From contig JAQGDQ010000543.1 in NCBI GenBank assembly GCA_030141605.1, forward strand, positions 62,001-126,000: a stretch of DNA of 64,000 bases. The letters run 5' to 3'. The first letter of the stretch is position 1; each line of letters opens with the position of its first letter. Positions 1-30,479 of this stretch are shown here, in pieces. The notes beneath the pieces were generated by a model. The model was given only the letters and a program-made list of their open reading frames with translations, searched no databases and had not been told where the DNA came from. This DNA comes from Tubiluchus corallicola (taxonomy: Eukaryota; Animalia; Priapulida). The translations under genes were made by a program, and so were the position numbers.

Positions 1-171
1 TTCTTTTGCAATCACACAAATAGTATATAAAAAGTGTATAGTTTCTAAACCAGCTTACACCGTTTTACGTATTTGCAGGTCGCGTCTCGTTTTTTACATC
101 CGGTTTAGAAAATCCTCACTACGTTGAGAAAGTGAACAGCGGTACCAGGTACGCAATAACGATTTCATTTA

Positions 172-668
172 CCTGCGATAAGACGTACGCAATATCAGAT
201 CCCGGTGAGCAAGAAGAATAGTCGAGTCTGCGATGACGTACGCCGTATCAGACCCCGGTCAGCGAGACGAGTAGTCGAGTCTGCGATAAGACGTACGCCG
301 TATCAGACCCCGGTCAACGAGACGAGTAGTCGAGTCTGCGATGATAAGACGTACGCCGTATCAGACCCCGGTCAACGAGACGACTAGTCAAGTCTGCGAT
401 GGTAAGACGTACGCCGTATCAGACCCTGGTCAACAAGACGACTAGTCAAGTCTGCGATGATAAGACGTACGCTGTATCAGACCCCGGTCAACAAGACGAG
501 CCGTATCAAACCCCGGTCACTGAGACGAGTAGTCGAGTCTGCGATGACCCCGGTCACCGAGACGAGTAGTCAAGTCTACGATGATAAGACGTACGCCGTA
601 TCAGACGCCGGTCAAGTCAAGTCTACGATCAGACCCCGGTCACCGAGACTAGTCAAGTCTGTGACGAC
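172..668. repeat. Degenerate ~57-60-bp minisatellite
   Basis: Unit GTACGCCGTATCAGACCCCGGTCAACGAGACGAGTAGTCGAGTCTGCGATGATAAGAC, about 8 whole or partial copies. Confidence 0.88.
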
Positions 669-2003
669 AACAAGAACAGCGGTTTTTACAATCAGATTTT
701 GTAAATAAAATTTTATCACTTTCAACTGTATCAACGATCATCATTATCATCGTTGTGCGGTACTGGAAGACTCCCTATATGTGCAACACGCTAATCAAAA
801 CGTAAGAAGCGATTTCATCCGAGGTACAGTCAAACCTCTTTATCCCTACTTTAAAGCTGCAAAATGGCGACGTGCATGTCTATACAAATATAAATATTCG
901 AGACAAAACAATTCGACGTTTAAACAACTAATTTTTATTTCTAAGATTTTGTACAAGGAATTTTTCTTCGTTTCGCTAGCAAGCTTTTTTTGTTTACATA
1001 CATTTGCTTTTGCGTCTTCATCATCAGTAATGAGGACGTCATTAAAACCAATAAAACTAGTCATCTGATGACATGTAAAAAGAAGTGTCACGGTAAAATT
1101 TGATTTCAATTTATCAAACACTTTTGCATTTAAATTAGATTTACAGAAAACGATTTTGTTCTGATACGTGACAAAAATTTGGTGATCTAACCACGAACAA
1201 TAGCTTCCTGTTGCCGCGGCAACTGAGTTAAAAGCTCGACACGCTTAATAGAAAGTTACAATAAATACCGGTAGAGCATTGCATATTAGGAATGTAGCAG
1301 AATCTCGATGACATGAAGTCATAATTAGACAAAACGAATTTTTTCCGTGCGTCCAAAAGTGTCATCGATGACGAACCGATTATGTGCGTTTGGATGAGAG
1401 GTTGTCACACATGGCCGTACGTCTAACTCTACCTCAAAAGCGATTCCAGGCACCACCTGTCAATGACAATAAACAAGCATTTGGGTTAGTTCGACACGTA
1501 CCGGTACCGCCACAAGGCCGCGATACCAACTGCGATACGTGCGTCTGCGCTAACGTTGAGAAGCGTGACCGAGCCAGTTGGCACGTTACGCAGACATTGT
1601 CAAGAACGTTCAATTGGTGAAACAATAGCAACAACAACGGTCGTGGCACTGCAAACAGGCCAAACAATAACATTGACCGGTGGCATTGCCTGGCAGCTTA
1701 TAGCGTACTGGCCATGTAAATGCACACACGGGTACAATTGTGGTGACAGCTTAGCCATGTAAGTGCGCACATAAACACAATGCTGATTATTAAAAAAATC
1801 TAAGACTACAAACTGGCTAACTGGTTACACGTACGTATTACTTGTATATACACAGCTGATGAAACACCATTGACAATAATCAGCAAACGATTAAATATCC
1901 ATGACAGCAACAATATTGTCACAAACAGAAAAGAACTGCATATTGATAGTATTCAACTTATTTACAAGTGTCCGCAACACGGACAGCGAAGCGTCCGCGT
2001 TGC

Positions 2004-19469
<17,466 letters not shown>

Positions 19470-19833
19470 GTTTGTAACAAAAATTTCGGTTAATTATCAA
19501 TTCCACTCAGAAATTTGCGACTTTAACTTTACAAGACAAAAAACTTAAAAATGGCGTAGCAGGAAAATGACTTTGCACGTTTTTCTTATGGCTAAATCCG
19601 CGAATTTGCGAAACGAAAAATAATGCGTTGGAATTATGTTTCAAGAAATTTTCTCATTAAAAATAAAATTATATGTCTGATTACCAAACTGTATGCGCTA
19701 TTTAAACTAGTTTTAACTTTTTAGTTTTAACTTATATAGTTTTTTATTGTTGGATAAATTTCTGAGATTAAGCGGAATGCTTTTATTTCGTTCTATTTCT
19801 TGTGTAAAACCAGCTTAGCGTGATATTTTCAAG
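19470..19833. promoter_or_regulatory. Putative bidirectional promoter DDX5/COX11
   Basis: Divergent start codons 364 bp apart; YY1-like AAAATGGCG at ~19548-19556. Confidence 0.7.
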
Positions 19834-22800
19834 ATGTCAGCGCCCTTGGTCGGGGTAAGTTTATAGTATAAAGTTGTTTTTTTCATGTTATTTAATCTCC
19901 AAGCAGAATTGTTTTTTGCCTCTTGCTTAATGCAGCAATTTTGATACAGTAATGGGGAATGACTTATTTGCTTCGAAAATTATGAAATACATGTAGCTAA
20001 AATATTTAGCCATACTTGATACCTAAACTTGATGATATTTCGGATCATCATTGATGACTCACCTTCTAATGTTTTCTAAAATACTCGTAGTTATTAGCTT
20101 CTTCGTTATTAGTTTATTAGCTACTCATTTACATAATGAAAATTTTTACCATTTTATCAGATGCTAATGTTGAAAAAATAAAAATTTTGAATCGAGCTTA
20201 CTCTTTTCAGAAGTTCACATTATGCCGTTTTTCTATTGCAGACTGCATTTTGTTGCCTAAAAAGGGTCTGCCGTGGACAATATCTTGCCAACACTCGCTG
20301 TGTGCAGTTTTTAGTCCGAAGGCACCGCTCGTTCTGGATGCGCCTGCAGGTGGTGTCACCGAGCATTTTGTATAGAGGTGATTTCAGGATGCAGTGTTAC
20401 GCTAGGTCATTCTTTAGCTGCTGGTGCAAGCATATAATAACCTCAAAAACACGGATCTCATGCGTTCTTTCAAAATCCACACTTTGTCCTTTGCTGAGAC
20501 CTGCTCTTACAGGTGTGCCTAGGAAAGCTAGTAACTCAATTTTTCCGGTGCACTTCTTGCATACATCTTCGGTACGTTTAGCAAAACATTCACTAGAATA
20601 TAGGCGACGGACTACCACTATGTATGTGATTGCAATAGGCGTTCTTATTGGAGGCGGGAGTTACGCCGCTGTTCCTCTATACCGAATGTTTTGTCAGGTC
20701 AGTATTATCGAGTTTTCATGCATCATGGTGATTTATGCTACAAAAAATAGATACTTCTTAGACATAGACATAAAACATTTATTTTCTCCAATTAGTTTAA
20801 CATCAAAAGTTTTTTAAATGTTAAGTAATTATAATCATGGAGCAGGGCAGAGAAGGACCATAGGGTCATCTAGTCTCCTGCCATTTCTTATAAATAGATT
20901 AGTATATTAAAAATTAACGGTGATGCTGCAGATAACAAAAACAAATAAAAAAATTGAAATAAAAACAGTTTAAATGATACAAATTACCCAAAAAGAACTG
21001 AAAACAAAAAAAATTAATAAAGTTGGATACCTAAATCTAAACAAAACAATACAATTATTCAGTAATTAGGATTATTATATGTAGTAGTTTCAAATGGGGT
21101 CTTATTAACAGGGGAATTTGACCAAGGTTAGTGAGTAAAGTTTAAAACTGAGAGTATGCAAAGAAAAAAATAAACATCAAAAAAGTGTAATATAGAAAAA
21201 TTTATGAGAAAAAGTATGTATGAGAAAGAGCAACAATTACTTAGGAGATGAGGAGAAAAAAAAATAAAAAAAACTTGCTAGCTTGCTTATTAGTCTTACA
21301 AGTTATGTTCTACAGGTATTTTCTTTTAGAAAGATTTTTGTGTATTTTTTGGAAGCAGAAAATACTTCTTTAGCATTATCCACATGCAGTAAGCTACGTA
21401 TAACTTAACCCGTTATAACTCGAATTCTTGCGGATCTTGAAGAGATCTCGTGCATTAATACTCTCATGTAAATAAAGTAGTTCGGCAACACGCATAATGT
21501 TGTCCTGTTTTTCGTTATTTCTACTAGATAGAAATCCAGGTACATCAACATAAAACATCCCACTTCTGACACCATGTTTTATGTTGACGTACCTGGAGTT
21601 GTATCTAGTAGAAATAAACGAAATACAGTACACCATTATGCGTGTTGCCGAACTACTTTATTTACAATGCATTCTGACGCATTAATACATAACAGTGGAA
21701 AGGATTTTCCCTTTTCATTTTTCTCTTTACCAAACATCGCGTAACTCGAATTATCGTGTAGTTAAAAGTGAATTGACGGTACAATTTATAAGTATCTGAC
21801 TGAAATTACCCCGCCATCTCGAGCAACCTCCCGAGTAAAAAATCCCAGGCGAAAGTGCGCACCACATTACGAGTTTAACTGCTGGTTTCAGCAAAAATGC
21901 TAAGATTTCTCGTGATACATTAGCAGAACGCTGCACACAACATGGATTATGGCTTTAATAACTAGATTATAATATTATTATTGCGAAATTCTATTAACCA
22001 CGTTACTCGGACTACAGTAGAGGTGGACCAGTCATTTTATTTTTATTTATTCATAGAAATTGTTGTTTGATATTTGGTTAAAGGCTCAGTTTGTCATTTT
22101 TGCAGGTGGCAGTGTTACTAGTATGTTATCTGATTTTGATGAGTGACTGTCTAACTCCTGCCCTCGCTTAACTCGAAACAAATGTTCTGTCCCGAAGAAT
22201 TCACGTTATACGTAGTTTGCTTTAGTATTTTTACTGTCATAGTTTTATTGACTTCGTATATTTATTATTTTTGTTGGTATATGTACAATAAAATAAGATA
22301 CCTTTGTGTAACTTATCACAGTCTTTGCACGAGAGCAGTGCTCATCATGGCAAAACAAGCCCCTTTATAGAGTTACTTTACAAGTAAAGTGTTAATGAGC
22401 TTTGGTTTGTTTGATTTCAGGCGACTGGCATTGGTGGACAAGCCGGCTTGCTACTCGGTGAAGACGCCGTAGGAAGAAAGATAGAGAATTTAGAGAAAAT
22501 TTCTGAACGTCTGATCACGGTACGGTTCAACGCGGACACCGCGGCCAGCATGAGGTGGGCTTTTAGACCGCAGCAGACGCAAATCAAGGTAAAAACAAAC
22601 GTAAATGAATTGAGGATCTTGCACCTTGGTAAGATTCCACGTTGCTGAACGTGGAAGATGTTCGTGGATGTTGTGTTTTGTTTCTCTCGGAAGGCTCGTA
22701 GAGAAAACCAGAAAACACGCCGTCAAATAAAACTACTTTATTTAGCCAGAATTCTACTATACAAAAGATGAAGGGAACATTGAAATGATTACAATAAACG

Positions 22801-24132
22801 TGAAAATCTGGAAAACATTTAAGTAAGTATATAAATGCGTAAGTATAAGTCCGTGATACAAATGTTCGAGAACAATCCAGACGGTAAGGCGGTCATTCCG
22901 ACGGAACATTCTACGATGTTCTATGCAATTCTTCTTGACGTCAGCGATCTCCACAACAGTGGATTAAGCGGTTAGATTCGGGGTTGGATACAGCTTTGGT
23001 AGAAGACGTCCTTTACAGTAATAATAATAATAATAATAATAATAATCTTTATTTAAAGTTGGCTTTTGGGTCAACAATTAACATTAGCTCAAAGAGCTAT
23101 TATCGCCGACTGTAAATAACAACCTACAACTACATAACAGAGACTATTATTATCCCACGCGTCAGGCAGGGCAACAGCAGGTACCATTTTTGGTATGACC
23201 CGGCCTCTGGTTCGAACTCACAACCTCCCAGATGGAAGCAGACGCACTAGACTAAACCGTGAGCGATGATGATGTCGTAACGAGAATTTTTCTTGCTAAA
23301 ATGTGAATATGTAAGACACTTAAAGACTTTAAAAATCTTTTTATGGTTTGTAAGATTTTGCAGGGTTTGTAACACCATGTTATCACGCTAGTGTGAGTGA
23401 TCTATCATTGGAAATATCGCATTTGGTTGACCAGCTGTAAGGGATGAACTTTTAGACTGCCTTGATCACTAACGAATGCAGTGGTCTAGTGGTCTAAAGC
23501 ATCTGCATTGTAAGCAGAAGTCCCGGTTCAAATCCAGGCTACATTGCGGCTTTTTCACGATTTTGTTTTTTAACCTGTGCTTCGAGATTTAATTAAAATG
23601 CGGGTTGAAACACGATAGCCGTATTTGACTGTGACATTAGTAAGCGTTACCTGATTGCAATGAAACAACGATTGTTCACTTTTGGCTTTAGGTCCATCCC
23701 GGGGAAACTGCACTTGCATTCTACACGGCAACGAATCCAACGGATAAACCGGTGACCGGAATTTCAACGTACAACATCATACCTTTTGAGGCTGCATTGT
23801 ATTTTAATAAAATTCAGGTATTTGTTTGTTTGTTCCAGTGGACAACAAGTTATTCATTTTTAATCATTTATTTTAATCATATTTAATCATATATATATAT
23901 ATATATATATTCTCTAAATTCTCTATCTTTCTTCCTACGGCGTCTTCACCGAGTAGCAAGCCGGCTTGTCCACCAATGCCAGTCGCCTGAAATCAAACAA
24001 ACCAAAGCTCATTAACACTTTCATTAAAACTTTACTTGTAAAGTAACTCTATAAAAGGGCTTGTTTTGCCATGATGAGCACTGTTCTCGAGCAAAGACTG
24101 TGATAAGTTACACAAAGGTATCTTATTTTATT

Positions 24133-24170
<38 letters not shown>

Positions 24171-24942
24171 AGCAGACTTAGCTTTTTTGTTATTCTTTCT
24201 TACAAATTCGTGCACGAGGTGCCATCTGTGGCGGGAATGTAAAGCTTTTGGGTTTGGCCAGTTTTTCTGTTTATTACCTGTTAGTCACCTGTCTGTTTTA
24301 CTCACCTGTGCTCTGAACAGTCAGGTTAATCCACTTTATGGGATATGTGGGACATTCATGTACTGATTATGTTACAATAAAATATTAACTGGTATTAATC
24401 TCTGTTGACATTGTTTCTGTGACTACATATATATGGCTATTTATATATATATAATATCGAATGAAAATAGGGGTGCTGCAGTTCACAGTACACATACACC
24501 GACCACCACGGTAGCAATGTCTAATTTTTGATAAACTGGGTTTTCTTCCAAAATTCTTTGAGCTAGGCAAAAATTCGAGTTACTTGATTTTGAGTTACGC
24601 GGAGTTTACTGTACTTCAAAATGGGGCAGGATATAAAAAATCGTCCAGTTCTCCTTTAATCACCGAGTCGAAATGTATATTTCCCTGTGCGATTGGGCTG
24701 CGTCGTGTAATCAAAGTTGATATACCTGTTCTGTTATCCTCATTCATATACCCGTCTCGTTTCAGTGCTTTTGCTTCGAGGAACAACTTCTCAACCCGCA
24801 TGAGCAAGTCGATATGCCCGTTTTCTTCTACATCGACCCGGACTACGTTCACGATCCGAAGATGGAGCACGTCGACACCATCGTTCTCTCGTATACGTTC
24901 TTCGAAGCCAAGGAGGGTCTGGAGTTACCTCAGCCGTACTAG
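19834..24942 (+). CDS. COX11: Cytochrome c oxidase copper chaperone COX11, 5 coding exons, 315 aa
   Basis: Exons 19834-19854, 20242-20697, 22421-22588, 23692-23817, 24766-24942, all phase 0 GT-AG, 948 nt. Motifs SYAAVPLYRMFCQ, VRFNAD, PGETALAFY, YFNKIQ-CFCFEEQ, DMPVFFYIDP, LSYTFFE. The 21-nt first exon is the least certain part. Confidence 0.94.
23019..23261 (-). mobile_element. tRNA-derived SINE with (TTA)n tail
   Basis: Reverse-complement copy of 48102-48385 with small deletions. Confidence 0.8.
23475..23546 (+). pseudogene. tRNA-like sequence (TGT anticodon, Thr-like), degenerate
   Basis: A box TGGTCTAGTGG, anticodon stem TCTGC/GCAGA with loop ATTGTAA, B box GGTTCAAATCC, T5 at 23551-23555. 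Mismatches in the acceptor and T stems. Confidence 0.55.
23910..24136 (-). repeat. Inverted copy of COX11 22283-22497 (intron 2 end + 5' part of exon 3)
   Basis: Reverse complement of 22283-22497 with a few substitutions and a 12-bp internal duplication; flanked by (TA)n on both sides. Confidence 0.95.
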
Positions 24943-24961
24943 CAGCAGTTTAGAGTTGTTA

Positions 24962-25200
24962 GTTACCATGGATACCGTATACGATTGCGTGTATCAACGA
25001 ATTTGTGTGAATACTTACACTATGACTTGTTACCATGGATACCGTATTCGGTTTAATGCACCAGTGAGTTTGTGTGAATACTTACACTATGACTTGTTAC
25101 CATGGATACCGTATACGATTGCGTGTATCAACGAGTTTGTGTGAATACTTACACTACGACTTGTTACCATGGATACCGTATTCGATTTAATGCATCAATG
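24962..25200. repeat. ~67-bp tandem repeat x3.5 in the COX11 3'UTR
   Basis: GTTACCATGGATACCGTAT... repeats immediately after the stop codon. Confidence 0.85.
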
Positions 25201-25550
25201 GCCAGGCTAGGTGCTACTGAACTTGTACAGCAAAACACGCACCACGATTTTATAGTATAACAAATGAAAACGCAGTGAAGCGGCTTGCCTTGTAGGCACT
25301 TATCCGCTTACCGACCAGGCTAGATGCTACTTAACTTGTGCAGCAAAATGCGCATTATGACTTTTTAGCTAATTTCTCTCTCGTCATTGTATTAGGAGTG
25401 CAGTTTTGTGAAAGTAGAAGTTTTATATTCGTTAATTAGAGCCATTAATTAGTAATTAGGGAATAAGTTAATGCTCTTCTGAGATTTGTTATGCTGGTCA
25501 TTGTAAGGAGAGTATGAAAAAGTAAAAATGTGAATATTTTTTTATACGTA

Positions 25551-26236
25551 AAGCGAAAAGAAACCCTCCTCTTCCTTAAAGCTTAAAACATTTGTCTTGA
25601 AATTTTATACAACTTACGTACTGCCTTATTGCATGCTGGGCTTGCATTGGTAGTAACGCTGTACAAAACTTGTAAACTTAAACTCCCGCGATGACCGTTA
25701 GACGCAGTCATTTTTATGGTAAGTCATTTGAAACAAGTTTAGGTTAACATTGCATGAAGTTTGAAAAAATAATCAGAGCATTCGTAGCACACATGTTACT
25801 AACTAAATAAAATTGTAAATTACTGTATCTTGTCAATAAGATTAAAAATAGGTTTTTGGTTAGTGAGTGGTGCACCCTGGGGGTGAGTCAGTGAAATTTT
25901 ATCAATTGGTGAAAACATTTTAAATAATTAATAATTTTCTTTTCTGGTTACATAAGTGTTTCCAGCAGGTAAGCAAAATGCTAAATAATATAGATTTGCA
26001 AGGAAAGTTTTTTGGAACATAATTTAACATTTCCTTTTCTTCCCCTGATTTACATTGTACATAGGTGAAGTCTTGTAATGGCGCAGTCGGAACTGCGTTG
26101 TGGGAGATTTAAAATGAAAACACACAAAAATTCCTGTCGACGCGAGTACGATAAATGCATAAAATTGCTATAAAGTAACATAATTTTTTAGTGCAATTTT
26201 TCTGAAACCTACTTCAGGTACCCCTTTTCTTGTTCT
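25551..26236 (+). mobile_element. Kolobok-like TTAA MITE family 1 copy
   Basis: Colinear with 30480-31151 and 54086-54761; ends TTTTCTTGTTCT|TTAA. Confidence 0.7.
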
Positions 26237-26409
26237 TTAATGGGCACTTTTTGAGTCTACGATTATGGTAATTAGGAAATTATTTTGAGAAGCTGACTGT
26301 GATATCTGTACTGCTTCAGCAGTAGATAATCATGCATATGATGTGAAAATTATTGTAAGAAATACAATAAATATTAAAAATACAGATCCACATTTGGTAT
26401 AAAATGATT

Positions 26410-26950
26410 TATTGCAAACCTTGTTGACAGTCATTGAGCCTAAATGCCAGTTTTTGCATGTGCCTGCAATCTGTTGCCAAAAATGAGTTTCTGTGCTGCC
26501 ATCTGTTGCCAAAAACATGAGTTTCCGTGCAAGAAAATTTGCAATGAACCTTGCTGACACTCATTGAGCCTAATTGGCAGTTTGTGCACCTGCCTGTCAT
26601 TTGTTGTCAAAAATATGAGTTTCTGTGCTGCCATCTGTTGCCAAAAATATGAGTTTCTGTGCAAGAAAATTTGCAATGAACCTTGTTGACACTCATTGAG
26701 CCTAATTGGCAGTTTGTGCACCTGCCTGTCATTTGTTGTCAAAAATATGAGTTTCTGTGCTGCCATCTGTTGCCAAAAATATGAGTTTCTGTGCAAGAAA
26801 ATTTGCAATGAACCTTGTTGACAGTCATTGAGCCTAAATGCCAGTTTTTGCATGTGCCTGCAATATGTTGCCAAAAATGAGTTTCTGTGCAAGAAAATTT
26901 GCAATGCACCTGCCTGCCATCTGTTGTCAAAAATATGAGTTTCTGTGCAC
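26410..26950. repeat. Composite tandem repeat
   Basis: Modules TGAGTTTCTGTGC, CATCTGTTGCCAAAAA and GAAAATTTGCAATGAACC are reiterated. Confidence 0.85.
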
Positions 26951-28214
26951 GGAAAGTTTATCATACATGTAAAACTCAATGCGTTTAGTCACATTAAATA
27001 AAATTTTATTCTCATAAAACTTGCTTATAGTAATAACAAATTGGTATTAAGAATACATCGAAATGAGTCATTAAAAATTCTCAACATTCCGGAAGTAAAT
27101 AATAATGTACATTTCAGAACATAATAATAATAATAAACATTTCAGAACACAAAGTTGCACAATTCACTCCATTTAAATCACAAACTACAGTTAACCTTTG
27201 TCATAACACCAGCCTCGTTTAATGTACATATTTTTGGGTACAACAAACTGTCTGTATTTGCATAGACGCGTACACATTAAAGCACAGCAAAGCCCTTTCC
27301 TTACATAAAGGTTAAAAATTTCTCTTAAAATTTCACCTCACTTACATTCTGCCTTATTGCATACAGGGCTAGCGCTAGCAGTAATGTTTGTAAAACTCGT
27401 AAATTTAAACTTCTGCGATGACCGTTAAGCACCAGTCATTTGAACATTGTGTGAAGTTTGAAAAAATAACGTCAGCATTGATAGTGAACACTTCACTTAC
27501 TAAGCAAAATTTTAAACTTTCATATCTTGTCAATAAGATGAAAAACAGGTTTTTTGGTGAGTCAGTCATGCACACTGGGAAGGTGAGTCAATGACATTTC
27601 ACAAATTGGCACAAACATTTAAATTGTGTTTAGATACTAGAACAGTTTCTTTTCTAGTTATGCAAGTGCAAGGAAAGTTTTTTGGGTACATAGTTTAGCA
27701 TTGCCTATTTTTCATCTTTAATTCAAGTTAAGTTTATTTATTTCCACTCTGCATCTAACAGTTATAATAAAAATACAGATAATTTCACTGAAGTAAATAT
27801 AAATATAAATGCAATATTATCCAGAAATTACAAAAGAGATTCTTATGCAACATATACACGTGCAAATTACATTACAGAATAATTTCAATGCACACAGTTT
27901 GAGCCTAAAAGCATAGCTTGACAGGCCAAACGGTACGTTGAAATCTTAAAGAAATGATTAATAATTGAAATAATGATAATATATACATAAATGTGGGGGG
28001 AGTAGTGAATGAAATGGAGCGAGAACTAAGAAAAACTGTGATCACTTTTAAATTAACGCGCTTCAAAATACATATAATGCCAAACTCGCTTAATGTCAAT
28101 TCTTTTGCAGCCATCATTATTATTTTTCCATTATTTCTTTTTCTTCTTTTGCAGGTGGCATGCAGAGGCTTGACTGTAGTTGTCTGACTAGTTTGTTAAA
28201 AAAACACGTAAGAC

Positions 28215-28890
28215 AATGAGCCTTTTCACTGATGTAGCGATTGATGATGATCGTGGAAAGGTCAAAGGTCAAGTGCACTAGACAACACATTTGTGTACAC
28301 TTGACAATGCCTCTCAGCCCATGCTGTTGTAATAGTAACAGTTTTAACAGCTAGCTAGAACCTTACCTAGTTCATTTTTTCTTGTTTCCAAGTAAGATCC
28401 TGCTAGTAGTTAATTATGCATAATTAAGTAAAGTCTACGTAAAACAACTGAAGTTACTGAACTGATGTGGCTGATGGCTTTGCTTTACATGTACGTCACG
28501 TGACGGTTATGGCTAAGTTAAGTGAACCAGACAACACATTTGTGTACACTTGACAATGCCTCGCAGCCCTTCCTGTTGTAATAGTAACAGTTTTAACAGC
28601 TAGCTAGAACCTTACCTAGCTCATGTTTTTGGTTCCCAAGCAAGATCCTGCTAGTAAATCACTCTACACACAGACTAATGTATACACTAGTGTTTACGTA
28701 GGGTGATTTACTAGCTGAATCTTGTTTGGGAACAAGAAAAAATGAACTAGGTAACGTTCTAGCTAGCTGTTAAAACTGTTACTATTACAACAGCGAGGCG
28801 TTGCCAAGCGTACGCAAATGCGTTGTCTGGCACAGTTAACCTTTGACCTTTTCATGATCATCATGATCTGCAACTGTGAAAGGGCTTGTT
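28215..28890. mobile_element. Foldback-like element with long inverted arms; modules dispersed at ~34100-34260, 34800-34880, 35345-35620, 47065-47400, 49452-49830
   Basis: Arm CTGTTGTAATAGTAACAGTTTTAACAGCTAGCTAGAAC...TCCTGCTAGTA is mirrored at 28710-28800; the outer GAAAGGTCAAAGGT is mirrored by ACCTTTGACCTTTTC. Confidence 0.7.
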
Positions 28891-29039
28891 TCCAAGGTGC
28901 TTGTAATGTGAAAATGAGGTTTAATTTCATTGATTGTGAGGGCAGAAACCAAACGTTTTGTTCAGCAGTAAAACAAACAAAATCACCATAATTAAATACT
29001 CGTTACACGTCGTTCATGTTACAAAACGGTAAAATTGTA

Positions 29040-29665
29040 AAGAATTGCAAAAAAATCCCCAATTGGAAAAAAAGATTTCCTCCATTAAAAATGCAATTCC
29101 CAATGAAGACAATAATCGTCATTCATCTTCCTTGAAATTGCAAAAAAAAGATTTCCCCAATTGGAAAAAAGATTTCCTCCATTAAAAATGCAATTCCCAA
29201 TGAAGACAATAATCGTCATTCATCTTCCTTGAAATTGCAAAAAAAAGATTTCCCCAATTGGAAAAAAGATTTCCTCCATTAAAAATGCAATTCCCAATGA
29301 AGACAATAATCGTCATTCATCTTCCTTGAAATTGCAAAAGATTTCCTCCATTAAAAATGCAATTCCCAATGAAGACCATCGTCATTCATCTTCCTTGAAA
29401 TTGCAAAAGATTTCCTCCATTAAAAATGCAATTCGCAATGAAGACAATAATCGTCATTCATCTTCCTTGAAATTGCAAAAAAAAAAGATTTCCCCAATTG
29501 GAAAAAAGATTTCCTCCATTAAAAATGCAATTGCCAATGAAGACAATAATCGTCATTCATCTTCCTTGAAATTGCAAAAAAAGAGATTTCCCCAATTGGA
29601 AAAAAAGATTTCCTCCATTAAAAATGCAATTGCCAATGAAGACAATAATCGTCATTCATTTTCCC
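29040..29665. repeat. ~60-95-bp tandem repeat
   Basis: GATTTCCTCCATTAAAAATGCAATTCCCAATGAAGACAATAATCGTCATTCATCTTCCTTGAAATTGCAAAA x~7. Confidence 0.9.
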
Positions 29666-30479
29666 TGAACAATTAACTTGTTATCAAAATATAATGTGAA
29701 GCAAAATACATAACACATTAACACCTTTACATACAAACTGTGACAACGAATAAATTAATTCATTTATACATTGTGATGACTGAAAATTCATGCAATAACT
29801 TGTGACTAGTTTAAAATGAAAGTCAAATACGGCTATAACATCATCAATAAAATCTTACGACCGACTGTTTTCCGTCGTGAACGAGACACCATTTAAAATA
29901 AACCGTTCTGCCAATAACTAAGACGGCTAAAATTTACAATTCTCCGCACAGAAAAAAATAGTTTGTGAAGCGGAGTAGTATTAGGGTCTTTAAATTGTGA
30001 CAATAGCAATCGTGTGCTAGCATCAGAACAGAAAAAGTCCAGAGTCATAGACAGACAATAGCAATCGTGTGCTAACATCAGAACAGGAAAAGTCCAGAGT
30101 CATAGACAGACAATAGCAATTCTGTGCTAACATCAGAACAGGAAGAGTCCAGAGTCATAGACAGACAATAGCAATTCTGTGGTAACATCAAAACAAGTCG
30201 GATTATCTACAGTATCATCCTTAATAGTGAAAGACGAAAAGCCTAAACAGGCAAGTTAAAAATGTAAAATATCATGAACACAAAACAGTCCAACTATAAA
30301 TAAAGTGTAAAATAATTAGGGTAGGTTCACACATTACAGGATATATATATATATACTCAGCAACGGAGAGAAGTTTCAAATAATTAAACCCACAATCATT
30401 GTAATAGCTATAAAAATATGTAATAGCCCAAAGATATTTCATTACAAGTTTTCCAGGTAAGATTAGTACAAAAACATGA

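Noticed and set aside
19470-19510. DDX17/p82-like non-AUG N-terminal extension
   Set aside because: An in-frame TGA lies 13 codons upstream of the ATG.
26330-26979. Repetitive 179-aa ORF (also 29326-29676, 60803-61153)
   Set aside because: Products of tandem repeats; no splice or homology support.
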